NCBI GenBank assembly: GCA_012295275.1
Contig: CM022677.1
Location: forward strand, 15,624,001 to 15,688,000
Length of the DNA: 64,000 nucleotides
Reading direction: 5' to 3'
Source of the DNA: Chrysomallon squamiferum
Lineage: Eukaryota > Animalia > Mollusca
Shown: positions 42,790 to 57,700 of the stretch, one piece after another
Layout: each line of letters begins with the position of its first letter
Position numbering within the stretch: the stretch's first letter is position 1
The notes under the pieces: model-generated
What the model saw: the letters and a program-made list of their open reading frames with translations, nothing else
Database searches by the model: none
What the model was told of the DNA's origin: nothing
Position numbers and translations under genes: made by a program

Positions 42790-43869
42790 AGTAAAAGGAA
42801 AGAATTACATGGCAGTGAAAGCAAATCGAAACTCAGTCTGCTAGAGAAGATGACACCAATCAACACAGCATAGATAAACATTGTGATGAAAAGGTGAAGG
42901 AAAAGTCAAAAACAGATACTAAAGTAAAAGAGGATGAACGCAAAAAGTAAAAATAAACTAACAAAAAAAGAAAGTTGGGAGCAGATGATGATGAAAACAA
43001 GAAAAAAACTGGATGACGATCGCATACAGCAGGAATGTAGTGAGTGGAAAGACAGAATGCAGAGGTTGTCTTCAACAAGTTCAAAGCTTTTTTCTCAAAG
43101 ATTGATGCAGACAAGCTACAACAGGTTGATAAACAAAGCACTGAAGAAGGTGAGACGCCAAGTGATTTGAAACAGTATGAAATAGTGGATGGAAACATGG
43201 ATGTCAACAAACCACTGAACATATCAGCAAGTGACTCACCATTAACTAATAATAGTTTAGTGAAAACAGAAGGAAGAACCTTCCTGGTCTACAAGTGACA
43301 ATAACTTTCCAATAACACGAGGAAGGAACACAAGGTCACAAACCACAGCTGGAAAGTGACAATGTAGAAGAGAAAATAACTCAACTAAACAGTGTGTCTG
43401 AAAGGGTTGTTAGTGATGTGTCAGCCACTTCTCTGCTGCAGTCAGGTTATAATTATGCTAGTACTGGATTGCATTCTGGGATCACAATGGTGTCTCATTC
43501 AAAGATAGAGGATGCTGGGAAGGCTTCTGGGAAATATTCGGGTATTGTAAAAACAGGACTGTTAGATGTTCCTCTCACAGATGCAGCAGCATGAAACCAA
43601 CAAACTGAAACTCTCCTTTATCAAGTGATGATGATTCTAGTCCCAACACAAACAATTCACCTCTTGTAAGCTTCCAGAGCGATGGTGATGAAGCTGAATG
43701 GAGGAGAGTATCAGTGTCAAACTAGAGGAGATCATAAAGGAAACGTTAGCCAGCGAGACAGCAAAAACAGAAGCAGCAGCTAAAGAAGAGAACATAAGAC
43801 AACGGCAGACAGTAATATGATGCTGTCATGGACGATGATGATGAACTCTATAAATTGCTTGGTGTTTAG
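42790..43869 (+). pseudogene. HDGF/LEDGF-family retrocopy, 3' part (end of integrase-binding domain and acidic tail)
   Basis: Broken K/E-rich frames; RQNAEVVFNKFKAFF resembles the last helix of the LEDGF IBD (..YNKFK.MF); plausible C-terminus MDDDDELYKLLGV* ending at 43869; no introns evident. Confidence 0.65.
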
Positions 43870-45451
43870 AAGTTGTTAGATTGTGAAGTTTATATGATGT
43901 TCATGGGTTAAGTCTGCATAGCCTGATAGAAACACAGATAAACTTTTCTCCAGACATTAACACCTTGAAAAAACCGTCAGACACCATTTCCAGTTTTATT
44001 TCAAAATGTTTACCTCTTTATCTGTTAGAGTAGATGGTTTTTAAAATATTTACGGTTTTTTATTTGATAAAGTACTGTATCAACAATTTACTTTATAAAG
44101 ATGTTTTAATATTTTTAGATGTATCTTTGACAGTACAGGTGTAAAATATGGGTGGCATTCATACTTTGTAGAAACTTTTTGATCAGTGTTATATCAGCAA
44201 ATTATGTCTAGTGAATATTCAATACTGTCCAAATTTCTAGGTTTTTACTTTCTATCTTTTGTGTTAGCATCTTTTTTAACTCTTATTATATTTCTGGAAT
44301 TTGATAAAAGTGCTGTTTTAAAAATATACTTATTATTTAATGTTTCCTTGGTGTCTGTTAATATGTTATTTGTGTGGAGCAAGAGAAAGAGATTTATATT
44401 CTGCTACCATTGTATGTGTGTATGTATGCCACACACGTGTGTGTGTGTGCAAAACCAACTTTCTTTCATTTTATGAATGCTAACAAACCTCATTAACAGT
44501 CAGTACTTAAATATGTATTAGTGATGTTATTTTAATTTTTTATTATAATAATAATTATTATTACTTTTATATTAGTAATTTCTTTTTTAATTCTCAAAAC
44601 GTGTTTGTTTTACTTGTAATGTGAGATGTTTGCAATATTTGGATCATGCAATTTTGAAATCAACATCAAAATGTCTTCAGATATAAATGTTAATTCCATT
44701 ATTATTAAATCACTTTGAACAACAAATGTCCAATATTTTCAACAATATGTTTTGATTTGGTGAGTTTTGTTCTCTTCTGTTTGGTTGTGTGATGTTTGTT
44801 TTAATTTTATTTAATATGTGTTTGTGTGATATATAATGGATTTGTCAGGGTTTTTTATAATGTTAACATTTTAGTATTAAAATATAACTTTAATAATTTA
44901 ATGAAAGTTAAACATATTATTTTAATAAATGATGTTAGTATGTAATTTTCAGTATTAACATTGCTATCTAATTAATGTTTGACTATAAAACACTTATTTG
45001 ATGTTAATATGTAGTTTTCAATATATAACATTACTAACTAATTAATGTTTGACTATAAAACAGTTATTTGGATTCCCTTATCCAATATATTTAGAATCAA
45101 AATTAACTCAAGATGAATATATCGTTTAATAATATAGGTTTTGTTGATAATATGTCGGTGATTTTACATAATAAGTGTAATAATTTCAGTAAAGAAAAGT
45201 CTCTGTTATGCTGTGCATCAAACAACTAAGAGATATCACCATTTCAGCTCTTCAGATGAAAACAAACAAATCATCCATAATTTGTGTTGTTTATAATTAT
45301 ACTGCCAACAAAATGTTCTCTTCAGTGTCTGTTTATTACAAAATATTCTTTTATTAGTATTTATTATTTTTATTTTTTTTTTTGTTGGAGAAAATGGAAG
45401 TATACTTTTTGAAAAAAGGACAGAAACATTATCTATTTATTTATTTATTTA

Positions 45452-45454
<3 letters not shown>

Positions 45455-45490
<36 letters not shown>

Positions 45491-45539
45491 GTTGTTGTTG
45501 TTGTTGTTGTTATTGTTATTGTTTGTTGTTATTATTGTT

Positions 45540-45575
<36 letters not shown>

Positions 45576-45617
45576 ATTATTATTGTTATTATTATTATTG
45601 TTATTATTATTATTATT
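45455..45617. repeat. Compound (ATT)/(GTT) microsatellite
   Basis: Directly visible. Confidence 0.9.
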
Positions 45618-46541
45618 TTTGGAAGAAATAGTTTCATAAAAGTTGTTAGGTGGGATGTTTTCTTTTCTTGAAGAATTTTATTTAAAAATACATTAATTCA
45701 AACAATGTGTGTGTTCATGTGTATATGTGCGTGCGTATGTAAATTAAGTTGGACAAAGAACCTCATCTTTTTAATTGTTATTTTCTTTTTTTTTAAAAAC
45801 GTTAATATTTTCAGGATAAAAATATAATATTTAAAAGTTTCTAAATTTTTCCTCTTATATTCTTCTGTCTCAATATCATCCTCATACATTTTTCTTTCAT
45901 TTCTGTATATTTTTCTCTCATTCGATTTCATTTAATTTAATTTTTTCTTACTGTATTTCTGTTCATTAATCTAGTTATGAATCTATGTTCTGTTTTCTAG
46001 TCTCTCTGTCGGTCTGTCAATTTTTAAAGAATGGTTGTGAAATACCTACATGAATGCTCAGTAATAATTTTCAGTATTGGTATTTTTTTTTTTTTTTTTC
46101 TCTCATTTCTGCATCATGCTTGGAAAAAAAAAAATATATCCATTTTCATTTGTCTTTTTGTTAAAAATAAATGATTAGTGAAAATATTTTTGTTGTTTTT
46201 TTTTGTTCTGTTATTCTGTTATTTTTTTATGAACATATTTCATAGACTGTTACAGCTAATATCTTCATTTATAAAAAACTGGTTTGTTTTAACTACTACT
46301 TCTACTATGCTACTTCTACTATTACTACTACTACTGCTGCCAGTCAAACAATTTATACTACTACAACTACTGCTACTATTATTGCTAACAATAATAATAT
46401 TTAATACAAAAATAATGTAATAAAAATGTCTCAAGTCGTTTTTACCATAAACCATTACACGATACCATGCAGTTCAGTCTTTCAAGAGTTTTGTACTTGA
46501 CATTGTTAAAACTGAACAGATCAGAAAACTTTTACTATTAC

Positions 46542-46587
<46 letters not shown>

Positions 46588-46999
46588 AAAAGGAAAAGAC
46601 GTGCAGATGTGATTTTATGAGTTTCTGTAGTTATAGGATAAATAAATTGTTGGGGAAAGTATAATCTACTTAATCACATAATCGAAAGAGAAATAACAAA
46701 GTAAAGTATTCGGAACGGGAAATTAATCGTGTTCTCTGTAACTTATTAATTTCTCACAAAGAACATTTAATTTATGCACCCCACAACAGTAAACGCCATG
46801 AAGGAAATACATTTGTAAAGTGGGATTTATGTTTTGAAATTTCAAAAATCATGTCTCAAATTCACCCTAGCATGCAGAGTTCACGTGAGGTCATATTATT
46901 GGGGTTTTTTAAAACTGTTTTGCATGTTATTATTATGTTATAATTCATTCATATAAGAATAATAAATAATGAATCAGTTAGAGAATATGCATGACATCA

Positions 47000-47300
47000 C
47001 CGCCACAGAATCCCGATGTATCGCTTCGAGACTATATTGAAAGCGCTCGATCCGGGGACACCTTAAGAATTGTTGTAAATAAGAATGTAATTAAAATTTG
47101 ACGCAATATATATTTTTTTTTTTTTTTTTGTATGGATACTGGGTTTACGTCATGACATTTTACTGTGCGTTAGAGTTGTTCACTTCGCTGTGGATTACCT
47201 CTGGACCGGTGAATTTAGCAGATGAATAAGGTAGGTTGTTTTGTTTACAAAAACGCGCGCTTCGTTCTCCACGGCCAAGCGGCGTTTTTCACCTGGTAGA
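47000..47300 (+). promoter_or_regulatory. CpG-enriched promoter-like region with a possible first exon ending at 47230
   Basis: CRE-like ttacgtca near 47145, clustered CpGs, donor-like aag|gtaggt at 47230; candidate next acceptor ttttcag near 49431. Confidence 0.3.
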
Positions 47301-47350
47301 TATAGCGTTTGTAATAGTTTTAGTTTTATTTTTCATTTTAGGGTTTAAAG

Positions 47351-47544
47351 CAGGGGTGCGCAAACTGAGGGCTTGAGAAGGATGTCGCCTCATCACATTT
47401 ACGTTACAGAGATTCATTGCTAGAAAATTAGGCAAAATCATATATGTTACGCTTTCAGATTTTACGTAGTCACAAATGAAATTTGTGCGGCCAGTGAAGT
47501 TAAAGCGGAGCGGCCTGTAAGATCTGAAAGTTTGCGCTGCCCTG
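47351..47544. mobile_element. hAT-type MITE (194 bp)
   Basis: Terminal inverted repeats caggggtgcgcaaact / agtttgcgctgccctg; 8-bp target-site duplication gtttaaag / gtttagag (7 of 8 match). Confidence 0.85.
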
Positions 47545-47737
47545 GTTTAGAGCGATGACTAGAGGGACACATGTAGTCTGTGTACTGAATTAGAGGAAAG
47601 CGAGAACGGTTAAAAACGATACTGAACCACTGTCTTCATCTGCTTATTTTTTTAGACATATTCTTGTACAGAATGTAAACTTTACAATCTTATAATTAAT
47701 ATATTAAAATAGCTTCTATCTCAACAACAACAATAAC

Positions 47738-47770
<33 letters not shown>

Positions 47771-50329
47771 CGGAATTTAAGAAAAATAGTAGTTTCTTTG
47801 AGAAATTTACAATTTAATTTAAAAAGTTGTATGAATGTAAACTCTGTTAAAGTGTTGTATAGTTAATTACATCATAGTGATATAATTAAGTGTACGTAAC
47901 TAAGAAACATATCTACATAAACAAGTCACTGAAAATAACCATGTTGCCCAAATCCATGTTTTTTTTTTTTTTAAGTCCACATACACCAGCACTTATCTAC
48001 TGTTTTACTTTGATCTTACCCATCACTTCCCTGTCCCTAGAGAATTAACCCCTCAAAAATATTCAGCAGGTCTGTATACCCTCCCTCATCATATATATAT
48101 AAATGTTAATAATGTTAGTAATAAATTATTTGTAAAGAAAACAAGCACATTGTTGTTTTAAAATCAGTTTTATTTCGATTAATGGTTACAGAAAGTGGTA
48201 CATTTTAGTTTTTAAAATTACTTCATAAAATCATTTTATTTCATATAACAATTAATTGTTTACATAAAATATAAAAACAGATGCATTAACTTTACATAAT
48301 TTTATTTTATTTCATTTAATAATAAATTGTTTAAAATAGTAAAAAGAAATAAAATGGTTTTAAAAATTGCTTTTATTTCATATTTAATGTTTAAACTAAA
48401 TAATTAAAAACAACAAAGTAATTTATAAAATAGTTTCAGTTTACTCCATTTCATTTAAAGTATTAGTAATAAAAATAAGTATTGAGCAGAAAACAAAGAC
48501 TAAGACTGAATGAATTTTGAAATAAGTTTCATGTTAATATATTTTTCATAATTATGAGAGAGTGGTTTTTTGTGTTTTTTAATAATTTTTTACTCCTTTT
48601 AGTTCTGTTCTTGTTTTATTTATTTATTTATTTGTTTATTATTTTTTTATTTACTAAAGGAGTAATGTTGTCCTTACTAGTAACATTGGTAACTTAGTAG
48701 TCGGAAGTATTTTGGATATACTGTATTTTGCAGTTTCCCATGGGGTTGCTCCTATTTATATATTTTTTTTTATAATCACAATGAAGCCCATTTTAGGTGT
48801 AATAATTTTTGATTTTGATGGTCAGTTACCAGAATGTCTAGATCAAATAATGTAATTAGAGATGGTTTTTATTTTTATTTATTTTAATGATGATTGTTGT
48901 GAGGCTTTATTTGGGTTATCAGATAATTGGTTTGACTAGACACTTAAATGGCTGTAGCAGATGTTACTAAAGAAAATAAGTGAATGACAAATTAGAGTTA
49001 ATCAAAATATTTTGAAATGATGGTGTGTTTTGAATTTAAATGCTGGATACTTTTATTTCTCACTGCTCAATAACACTGAGTTAAAGTTTTGTTAGCAACA
49101 GATAAAACAATTTTTGTCATAGTAACTGATATTGAAAAAGAATAAAAGAATAAATGAAAAATAAACATACAAACAAATAGACAATAAATAAATAATAAAA
49201 TAAAAATGAAATAGATAATAAAATAAACTAAATAAAAATTGATGTTTAAAGTTCATTTTCTGATAATCTTTCTTCAGAAAATATTCAGTTAGCAAATGAC
49301 TATAAATCTTTTTACTACAGTATTCAAATATAAATGTTGACAACATTCTTTAGAGATTTGTGTTACAAGTTACAGAATGACAGGTTGTGTGAGTTTAGTA
49401 ACTGCAACATAAACATAACATTTGTTTTCAGCTTGCAAGGGTTCAGGAAGTGGAGAATTCATAAACATCAAAGATTTCAAAGGCTTTTACAACTGTTGAT
49501 GGGAATCTTCTGATTGTGAGAAATACATTTCTTGGGTTCTTAACTTATTTTTATTTTCAAATCTGTAAAAGGATTTAAATGGTTTGCACATGCTAGTTTC
49601 TCAGAGAGTGAAGGATAACGTGAATATCTGTCAGTATGTGTATACATTTTTCAATATGAGAACGAGAGAGAGAGAGAGAGTTCTTCCTTTATTTTTGTTT
49701 CTTTCAATGAGTGAATAAAATAAAATTGTATAGAAAAAAGTGTGTGTGTGTGTTTGTTTGTGAGACTAAATTTGTGACTAACAGTTTCTGTAATTATATC
49801 ATATTTAACATTTTAATTAATTTTTTTATTATTAATATTATTGTTTTTTATTATTATTGTTGTTGTTGTTATTATTTTTATTATTATTGTTATTATTATT
49901 GTTATTATTGATATTTGTTCAGAGACCCACATAGAAACATCCCTGCTCTTCAACGAAGTGAACTATTTGCACTCAAAGACATTCGTGAAATTAACGAATT
50001 TTTCAGCATCCAGTTTGGGACAGAGAACTTCACAGAGATGTCTTTCCTGTTGTCAGAGTTTTGTTAAACTAGGGTTTATTAATTTAGACATGTCTCAATA
50101 CTACTAGTATTACTTCAGCCACCATTACTGCTATCATCATCACTGTTTACCTTGTTACCAGGCAAAGATGTGTTTGAGTGTGAATGTGAATATGGGTTTG
50201 ATGTTTTAACTGTGAACACAAGGAGCTGGCTGTGAAGTCAGGTGAGACACGACACTGGGTCAAGTCATGCACGGAGAAACCAGGCTACGTCCACTGTGTT
50301 GTTATAAAAGGCCAGCACTTGGTAATTAA

Positions 50330-51372
50330 GCAGATCAGCCACCTGCCAAACACAACACCGTCCAACAGCCTCCTGTCAGAATACAGCATCCAACCACTGA
50401 AATACAACCTGAAAAATACACACCCTCAACACAGACCACCCCGTCAAGGATCTGGTCCCCGACCAACAAAGAATAGGGCAACCCTTTAAATCACATAGTC
50501 TACTAGTATTGAATTTCCTGACAACAGCGAGCAAAATCGAAAGGGAAACAGAAATAGGGGAAATGCCACTGCTGGCATATCACAAAGAAACAAAACTAGC
50601 AATAGACACACCTTTCCTAATCAAAGCAGAAACAGGCACTTGAACATCAAACCACTCATCAAAACTCACAAAATCACACTCACCAACAAACTACACAACA
50701 ACAATCTCACCAAAGCCAGAATTGGTTACTCGACCAACTTAAATGCAATACAATACAAATATCACACACCACATCACCCAACTGCAGCTGTGGATTCTCC
50801 GAAACCATGAAACACTACTTGTTTCAATGTCAAAATTTCACCAAGGAAAGACAAGCACTACGCAATACACTGGAGGAACTAAAAATTGAGTTCATGCTCC
50901 AAAACATCTTGGCACCAAACACGAAAGACAGAGAGTTAGTCCTCGCTGTGGTAACAACATACATTCTGAACACAAGACACGAACTTGAGACTCTTTTTTT
51001 TCTTTTCTTCTTTTTTGACACAAAAACAGACAACAATTGAATGAATTTATTGGCTTACAGATTGATTGGTTGAACAGGTAATTGATCTATGGATGGATCG
51101 GCTAACTGACAGATCAGTTTGAACAGCCAGTTAAATTAATAATTCAAAACAAAACTATACGAACTTACTTTCATACCATACTAACCCAGTTACCGGATTT
51201 CTGTTATTATTATTTTATTTCTTTTTTTTTAATTTATTTATTTATTTATTTAAATGTACATAATAAATGTAAATAAGTTAACTGTGCTCATGTCCTTATT
51301 CTTAGTGCAGATGTTTATAGCATCTTTTAAATCAATAAAAAGACAATATTCAACAACAACAACAACAAAAAA
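50330..51372 (+). mobile_element. 5'-truncated LINE remnant (I/Nimb-like ORF2 C-terminus and 3' UTR)
   Basis: HLPNTTPSNSLLSEYSIQPL (post-RT segment); LTKARIGYSTNLN..SPNCSCGFSETMKHYLFQCQNFTKER (CCHC knuckle); ends with AATAAA and a (CAA)n/A tail. Confidence 0.8.
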
Positions 51373-51761
51373 GATCAATGTCAAAACAAAACAAAAATAA
51401 AATAGAAGTTGTTGGACCAGAGAGACTCAGTCAAGGAAACATCAACAGCAGCCGAGAACAGAACAAACAAACAGGATGCAACCAACACAGACCTGGTGAC
51501 GAATACGAGACAAGTGGCGGAAACAACAAGGAGCAGATAACGTCTACGAAACATCGGAACCAACTCATTACGATCCAATATGCCGGACACTCCCTTGTGT
51601 CCTGCAATTGTAACGAGAACCCACTCTCTTTCCTTACCCAAAACTCTTTTGTGCAACAGGCACGCCCACTGACCTGTCTGTCGTAGATGTGCTTCACAAC
51701 AGCTTGCTCTGATTAGCACGTTATTTTTTTTCAACTTCAAGTTCACTTGTATCTGAGTTAC

Positions 51762-54700
51762 CTGAAAGGTCTTCCAAGCTGGTCCAGAAAATCCTCTGAA
51801 ATGCTTGATCCAAAGTTTGTGCTGGTGGTATGACAGCTATATTTAAACAACTATCTTGTTTCATGTATGAGTCATTGTTTCCTACTATTTGTTCAAGTTC
51901 AGGCAATTTTGTGGATTTTGTACATTCCCCTTTTTTAAGCCAGATTTATCTAAATAAACAAATATACAAAGAAAAATTAATAAAATAAAAATAAAATAAC
52001 AAAAAATAAAAAATAAGCATAAGTTTATCATTCTAAATCTTAACATACATTATTAAAAAGACTATTTTGTTTACCCTTTCCAGTTTATGACAATATGATT
52101 AATTAAATAATATCTTTGGGAAGAAATATCTCAGTCATGGAAAATTATTATACATTATCAATGAATTATACTTTAACAATGTTTTAATACTGACTTTATT
52201 TATCTGGATATGATGGTAACATTCAGAAGAAGCAAAAATAACTTTTAAAAAGACTAATCATTTACCTGCAGCAAACCTTACAATTAATGAGTTAAGATCT
52301 TGATTAAAAACATAATTTTTATAATTGTTCATTACAGAGAACAAAACAAAGAGAATTCTACCATTTTAAGTAACACTCTGTGAAATAAATATTGCCATCA
52401 AATTATTAATAGTGGCTCTTGTCTCTTATAGAAAAAAAAAGTCGCCCATATATTTTAACATCCCAGTCACCCAAATGGAACTTTGGTAGCATTTAAATTT
52501 CATCATATACTATTATACTATAATCTACATAATACTGATGCTGACATCTGTTTTAAAAATATTATTTTATCAAGTTCCGCTATGTTTGTGTAAGTCATAA
52601 CTTTATTATAAAACTGTTAAGGTTTATTATGACAAAAAAGTACAGAAGTTGGTAAAATTTTAAATTTATTTAAAAAAATATATATTTCCTTAATTGTTAG
52701 AATCATCGAGTGTTAAAAAACTATGATATAAAAATAGTTTAGTCTTAACACAAAAATTAATAATAATAATAATAATAATAATATGATAATAATTTCAGCT
52801 TAGATGCTCATTACTAAGAACTGACAGGTAATAATTTGAAAAGATTGTTCACATTCTGTGTATTGCCTTGACATCTCCAGAGCTTTTCCAAATGGTGCAG
52901 TTGTTGCATAACCCTTTAGGAAAGAAAGAAAATAAAAGAAAACATGAAATTACATTCCTTTATAAAATGATGTTATCAACATTTCATATTTAAAATGATT
53001 ATACACAGATAAAAGCTGAAGATAACCGTAACATATTAACTAAGATGTTTGTTGTCTTTTTAAACATTTTCTCTATTAAATGTTAAATTCACCATCTATA
53101 AATATAATCATAAAACAGCTATATTGTTGATAAGAAAACAGGAGAGTGAGAATAAATAAATATATGTGTAATCCACCAGACTAGTTAATATTCTCAGTGA
53201 TACCAATGTGTGAAGTCAACTCAGAAAGTGAAGGTGTGTTTGTTATAGATCTAAAAAGTTAACAAATCTTCTGAATGCCCACAATGATTTAGTTTTAAAT
53301 ATCTAAGAACAATTTGATATTAAAAGAAATAAATCATCAAAAGTTAAAATATATATTAATAATAACAAAAACAAATAACTAAAAACAACAGATCTCTTGT
53401 TGGTCTTTATCCACAAAAGCAATACATTTTTCTCCTCTATCATTACATCCATACAAAACTTAATTAAAACTTTACTTACATTTTCAATGCAACCATTTTC
53501 TGCAGTTTTCTGAAAGACAAATAACAGGGTAATAAATCTAATAAGTTAGTAAGTAATTTTAAATTACTAAGAATGACTAAGAAATGTATTTAAAATAATT
53601 TTAAAAGTAATAGTTAAAAAGAAATAATCATTAACACAAACTGAAGTGTGTCAAAAATGAATGAACTGATGCTGTTTTCAATAAACACTTTCTCCATAGC
53701 TAGCGTTACAAAAAATATATGTCTAGAGGTGTGTGTATATATAAAAACAAAGCAAAAAAACATTACTGTATTGGATATTTAAATACAACATATTCTTTTG
53801 ATGGTTTAAACAAATTATAATTGGGATAAAAAATTATGGCTATATATGTATTATAATCTGGATTTAGAAATAAAGAAATAAAATTCAATTTAACAAAAAA
53901 GGTTGATAAAATTGTGTGTATACACTTGTTTTTGCTCCAATGAGTGGCAATAAAAACATTTTTTAGTCCTTTTTACTAAAAGCTCATAGAAATGACAATG
54001 TTTCCCATCAATGCAATAACTATCACAATGGAACTAACCTTAAACCTTTAGAGTCACAAAGATCAACAGTTCAAATACTACAGAAAGTTTCTACACCAAT
54101 ATTTGCTCTCCTGGAATAACCATTAAATAATTATAGAAACACTATTAAAACCTGTAACTATGAAGTTGTTTATATGTTAAAATGAAGACAAACATTAAAG
54201 AAAGAAAGAAAACAGAGAAAAATGATTTTTAGCATGTTTGAAGTCATGTTAAAAAAGCTTAATATAGTATGATGACAAAAGCTTCTTAACTTAATTTTTT
54301 AATAAACTTTCACAACTGTTTAAGAAAATTGTGTAAAATCTTTATTAACTGGAAATGTATCTAATTCCAAAAACTGGCTTTATAATGGTGCAAATAAATC
54401 AGGAAATTAAAATAAAAATTAGCAAAACAATAATAGAGATAAAATGATAATAATAATAATAATAAAGAAAAAGAAAAGAAAGACGGAAAAAGTAAAAGAA
54501 AAATTGAACCAAAAAAACAACAAAAAGCCCAGTAACAAAGAAAGAAATAGAAAGAACACTTAGCTAGCGTGTCAAAGTATTTTGGCATTGTGGTGTTTAT
54601 TACGTGTAAACACTGCTATCGTCACCTTGACCATCACAGTGACCAGTGTCCTCCTTGATCAAGGTTGATAATTTTATTGATTCTGTGAAAACGTAAGTTT

Positions 54701-57700
54701 TATGTTATTCAAGAGTGCGCCTAGAAAAATAAATTACTTAGGAAAACAAAAAAAGGGACAGATGCAGAAAAGAATATCAATTTTAAGGATTACATTCTGT
54801 TAGAAATATAATAATACCAAACATTTAGTGCAAAACTACTTAAATTTCTATAAATAAAAATAAGAGGAATTTTAAAGACCAAATTATTCCTAGGAAAAAC
54901 ATAATTAAAATATCAATAAAACTCCATTTTAATTAACACACTGTACTACTTTGCATTTGAAACTAAATTATACCTTAACATTAACATATCTAAATTTAAA
55001 GTCTTACCTGCTGTCTTACTCTGGTATTTATCATTTGCTGTCACTGCTTTAAAACTGTAGCGTCTTATGCCAGAAGATGAATCTGTTTCTTCTTTGTCAC
55101 CACAGTTCAAGGTTATGGTGCTGTTCCCTTGTCTCATATCTTGAACAGTGCTTTGGTGATAGCTTGTGAGTATTCCATTGTGTTGGTACTACTGCAGGTA
55201 GTAAGGTTTGCATTATGAACCAGTCCAGACTGACACCTCTGATGGGCAGGACAGGGTACAGTATGGCAGAAGCTTACTGACTGATTCAAGTCAAATGAAT
55301 GGTGGTTTAAGCTTTTTCACTTTTTCTTGACCTTGGATAATTTCTATCACCTGAAATTAACATTAAAAGATTAATGTTTATTAGCCACAGGCTTTGGTGT
55401 TAAAAATGTTAAAATATATTAACTTGAGACATTTTTCATTATAAATTTTCTTCTATTTGTCTGCTATTTTCTAGCTATCAATCTGTAATGGTAACAGTGA
55501 AAACAATGTATTTTATGTATCTATATTATGATAATTTACAAAGAATTCTAATTTTTTTAAAATTTGCATTAAAATATATATGAATGGGTTGGAATGACTT
55601 AGGAACTACTTTAAATCAAGTTTTCATTAATATGATGTGACTGGAGAAATGTTAATTGATTTGATTCTGTTTTATTTTCCCTCTCACTAAGTATATAACA
55701 ATTTTATTTACCAAAACAGGTGAACTGGGGATACATGTTGGTGGGTGGTGTTGCCTGCACATCCCTCCTAACTCCAGTGACATCGGCTTTCCTTTCTGTA
55801 TAAATAAAATTTCAAAATATAATAAAATAAACATATCATATAGATAAATAAAAAATGAAACAATATAAAACACCTACTCAAAAACATTATTTATGAATAT
55901 ATATAAGTCTTCAAGTTCAAACTCATGTAAATAATAAATATAATAATTATGCCTTCTTGTAAAGTGACATTAAACACAAATAGAAAAATTATCTTAAAGA
56001 TCTACTAACATGAATCTAATTTAATCTGAATGAAAAACAAACATTTTACAATTTTTAAAACATAATTTAATTATAAAGGTAACATTTCCAAACACTCATC
56101 TGACTGCATTGTTTTATTTCACAGCTTTATTTCATACTTTCTTATCATCCTATTAATAATATGAATTAATACAAACCAGGACATCAGGAGCTGCCTGACT
56201 GTTTGCTAGTCTGCTTTTAAGAGATGCTATCTCTTTAGCAATTTTAACTTTCAGTTCATCAGTTGTTAAACCAGAGATAGTGTTCTAGAAAAATAGATAG
56301 GTTAGACAAATATATTCAAAACAATTTATTATTACTTTATTATTATTATTCGTATTACTATTTAATCGATGTTTTTATATTTTCTTTTCAGCCTGAGAAT
56401 AAACTATAATATTATCAGCATTTTTTTTTTTCATTTTTTTTTTATTATTAATTTGTTATTAAAATATCTTTTGACACAAAAAGCTGGTTTCAGTGATGAG
56501 ACTTTCAGAAAAACATCTGTGTTCTTTATGGATCTAGATCAAATTTTATGTTATTACAATTTATTCTGTAGGAAATGTACTGGATTTAATCTGTAAAATA
56601 TGTTACAAAAATATATATACACTTGTGCATTAGTTTTGATTACTTGCTTACAGACTGACATAAATGACTAACCAATACCTGAACCAAAAAATATATATGA
56701 ACTCTAAAGGTGTCTTGCTTATTACTGACAAATTCATATTTTTGTTATATCACTATATACTGTTTTCTTTAAACACAGTCTTATGTACGAAGAATCCCTT
56801 TAAAAATTACCTTACACACATTTTGATATTAAATAGAATTAATGACAAATCTAAGAATTTTTTTTTTTTACTGTTTCTTCTTTTTATTTTTTCTTCATCA
56901 GATATTGATGAACTGTCATAAAAAAGAAAATGTTTTTTTTTTGCTATCACTGAATAAAACAATGAATAGAAAGATTTTTTTTGGTTTATTTTTTTACTGC
57001 TGTGATGGTTTCTTTTTATTATTATTTTGTGGAAATAACTATCACCTTTATGAAATACCTGACAAATTGTAATCATGTTTATTTCCTGTATAGTGGCAAA
57101 AATAATCAAGTTATAAATTAACATAGTAAAAAAAATCAAAGAATAAGACATGGTTTCAGTTGTACTTATTGAAGTCTAAGTTTTCACTTCTACAAGTTAA
57201 CCAACCTGATAATCCATACATCCTGTATCAAAATCTTGGTGGACCAATTTCCAAATGTCCTGCAAGTCATACTGCCTGACTCTTTTCTCTTTCAATACAT
57301 TTTCCTGCAAACAAAATTACATCTTCTACAACACTGATCACCTCTTATATAATAAACTTGCAAATGGCCAATGTACGATGATGTATTTAATGAAGGCAAA
57401 GTTGCAAAAGAAAAAAAGTCAAAGTAAACCTGCCTGTAATCGTGTCAACTGAAAAAGATATAAATGTAAGGCATTCAGCAGGTTTTCAGTTATTTAGGAA
57501 TTTTTTGTTAATCTAAACTGTTTATATTATTTCTGATCAGATTGAAATTATGGCAGATAAATTATCAAACCAAAATTTGTGTGTTTTTATTTTTAAGATA
57601 CTGATGTATGATGGAAGAATGAATGCGTCCATTAAGTTCAAGAAAAAATATATATTAGAACTGAACTAACTTCTAATTCGGAACATATTTCCTTCTCTCT

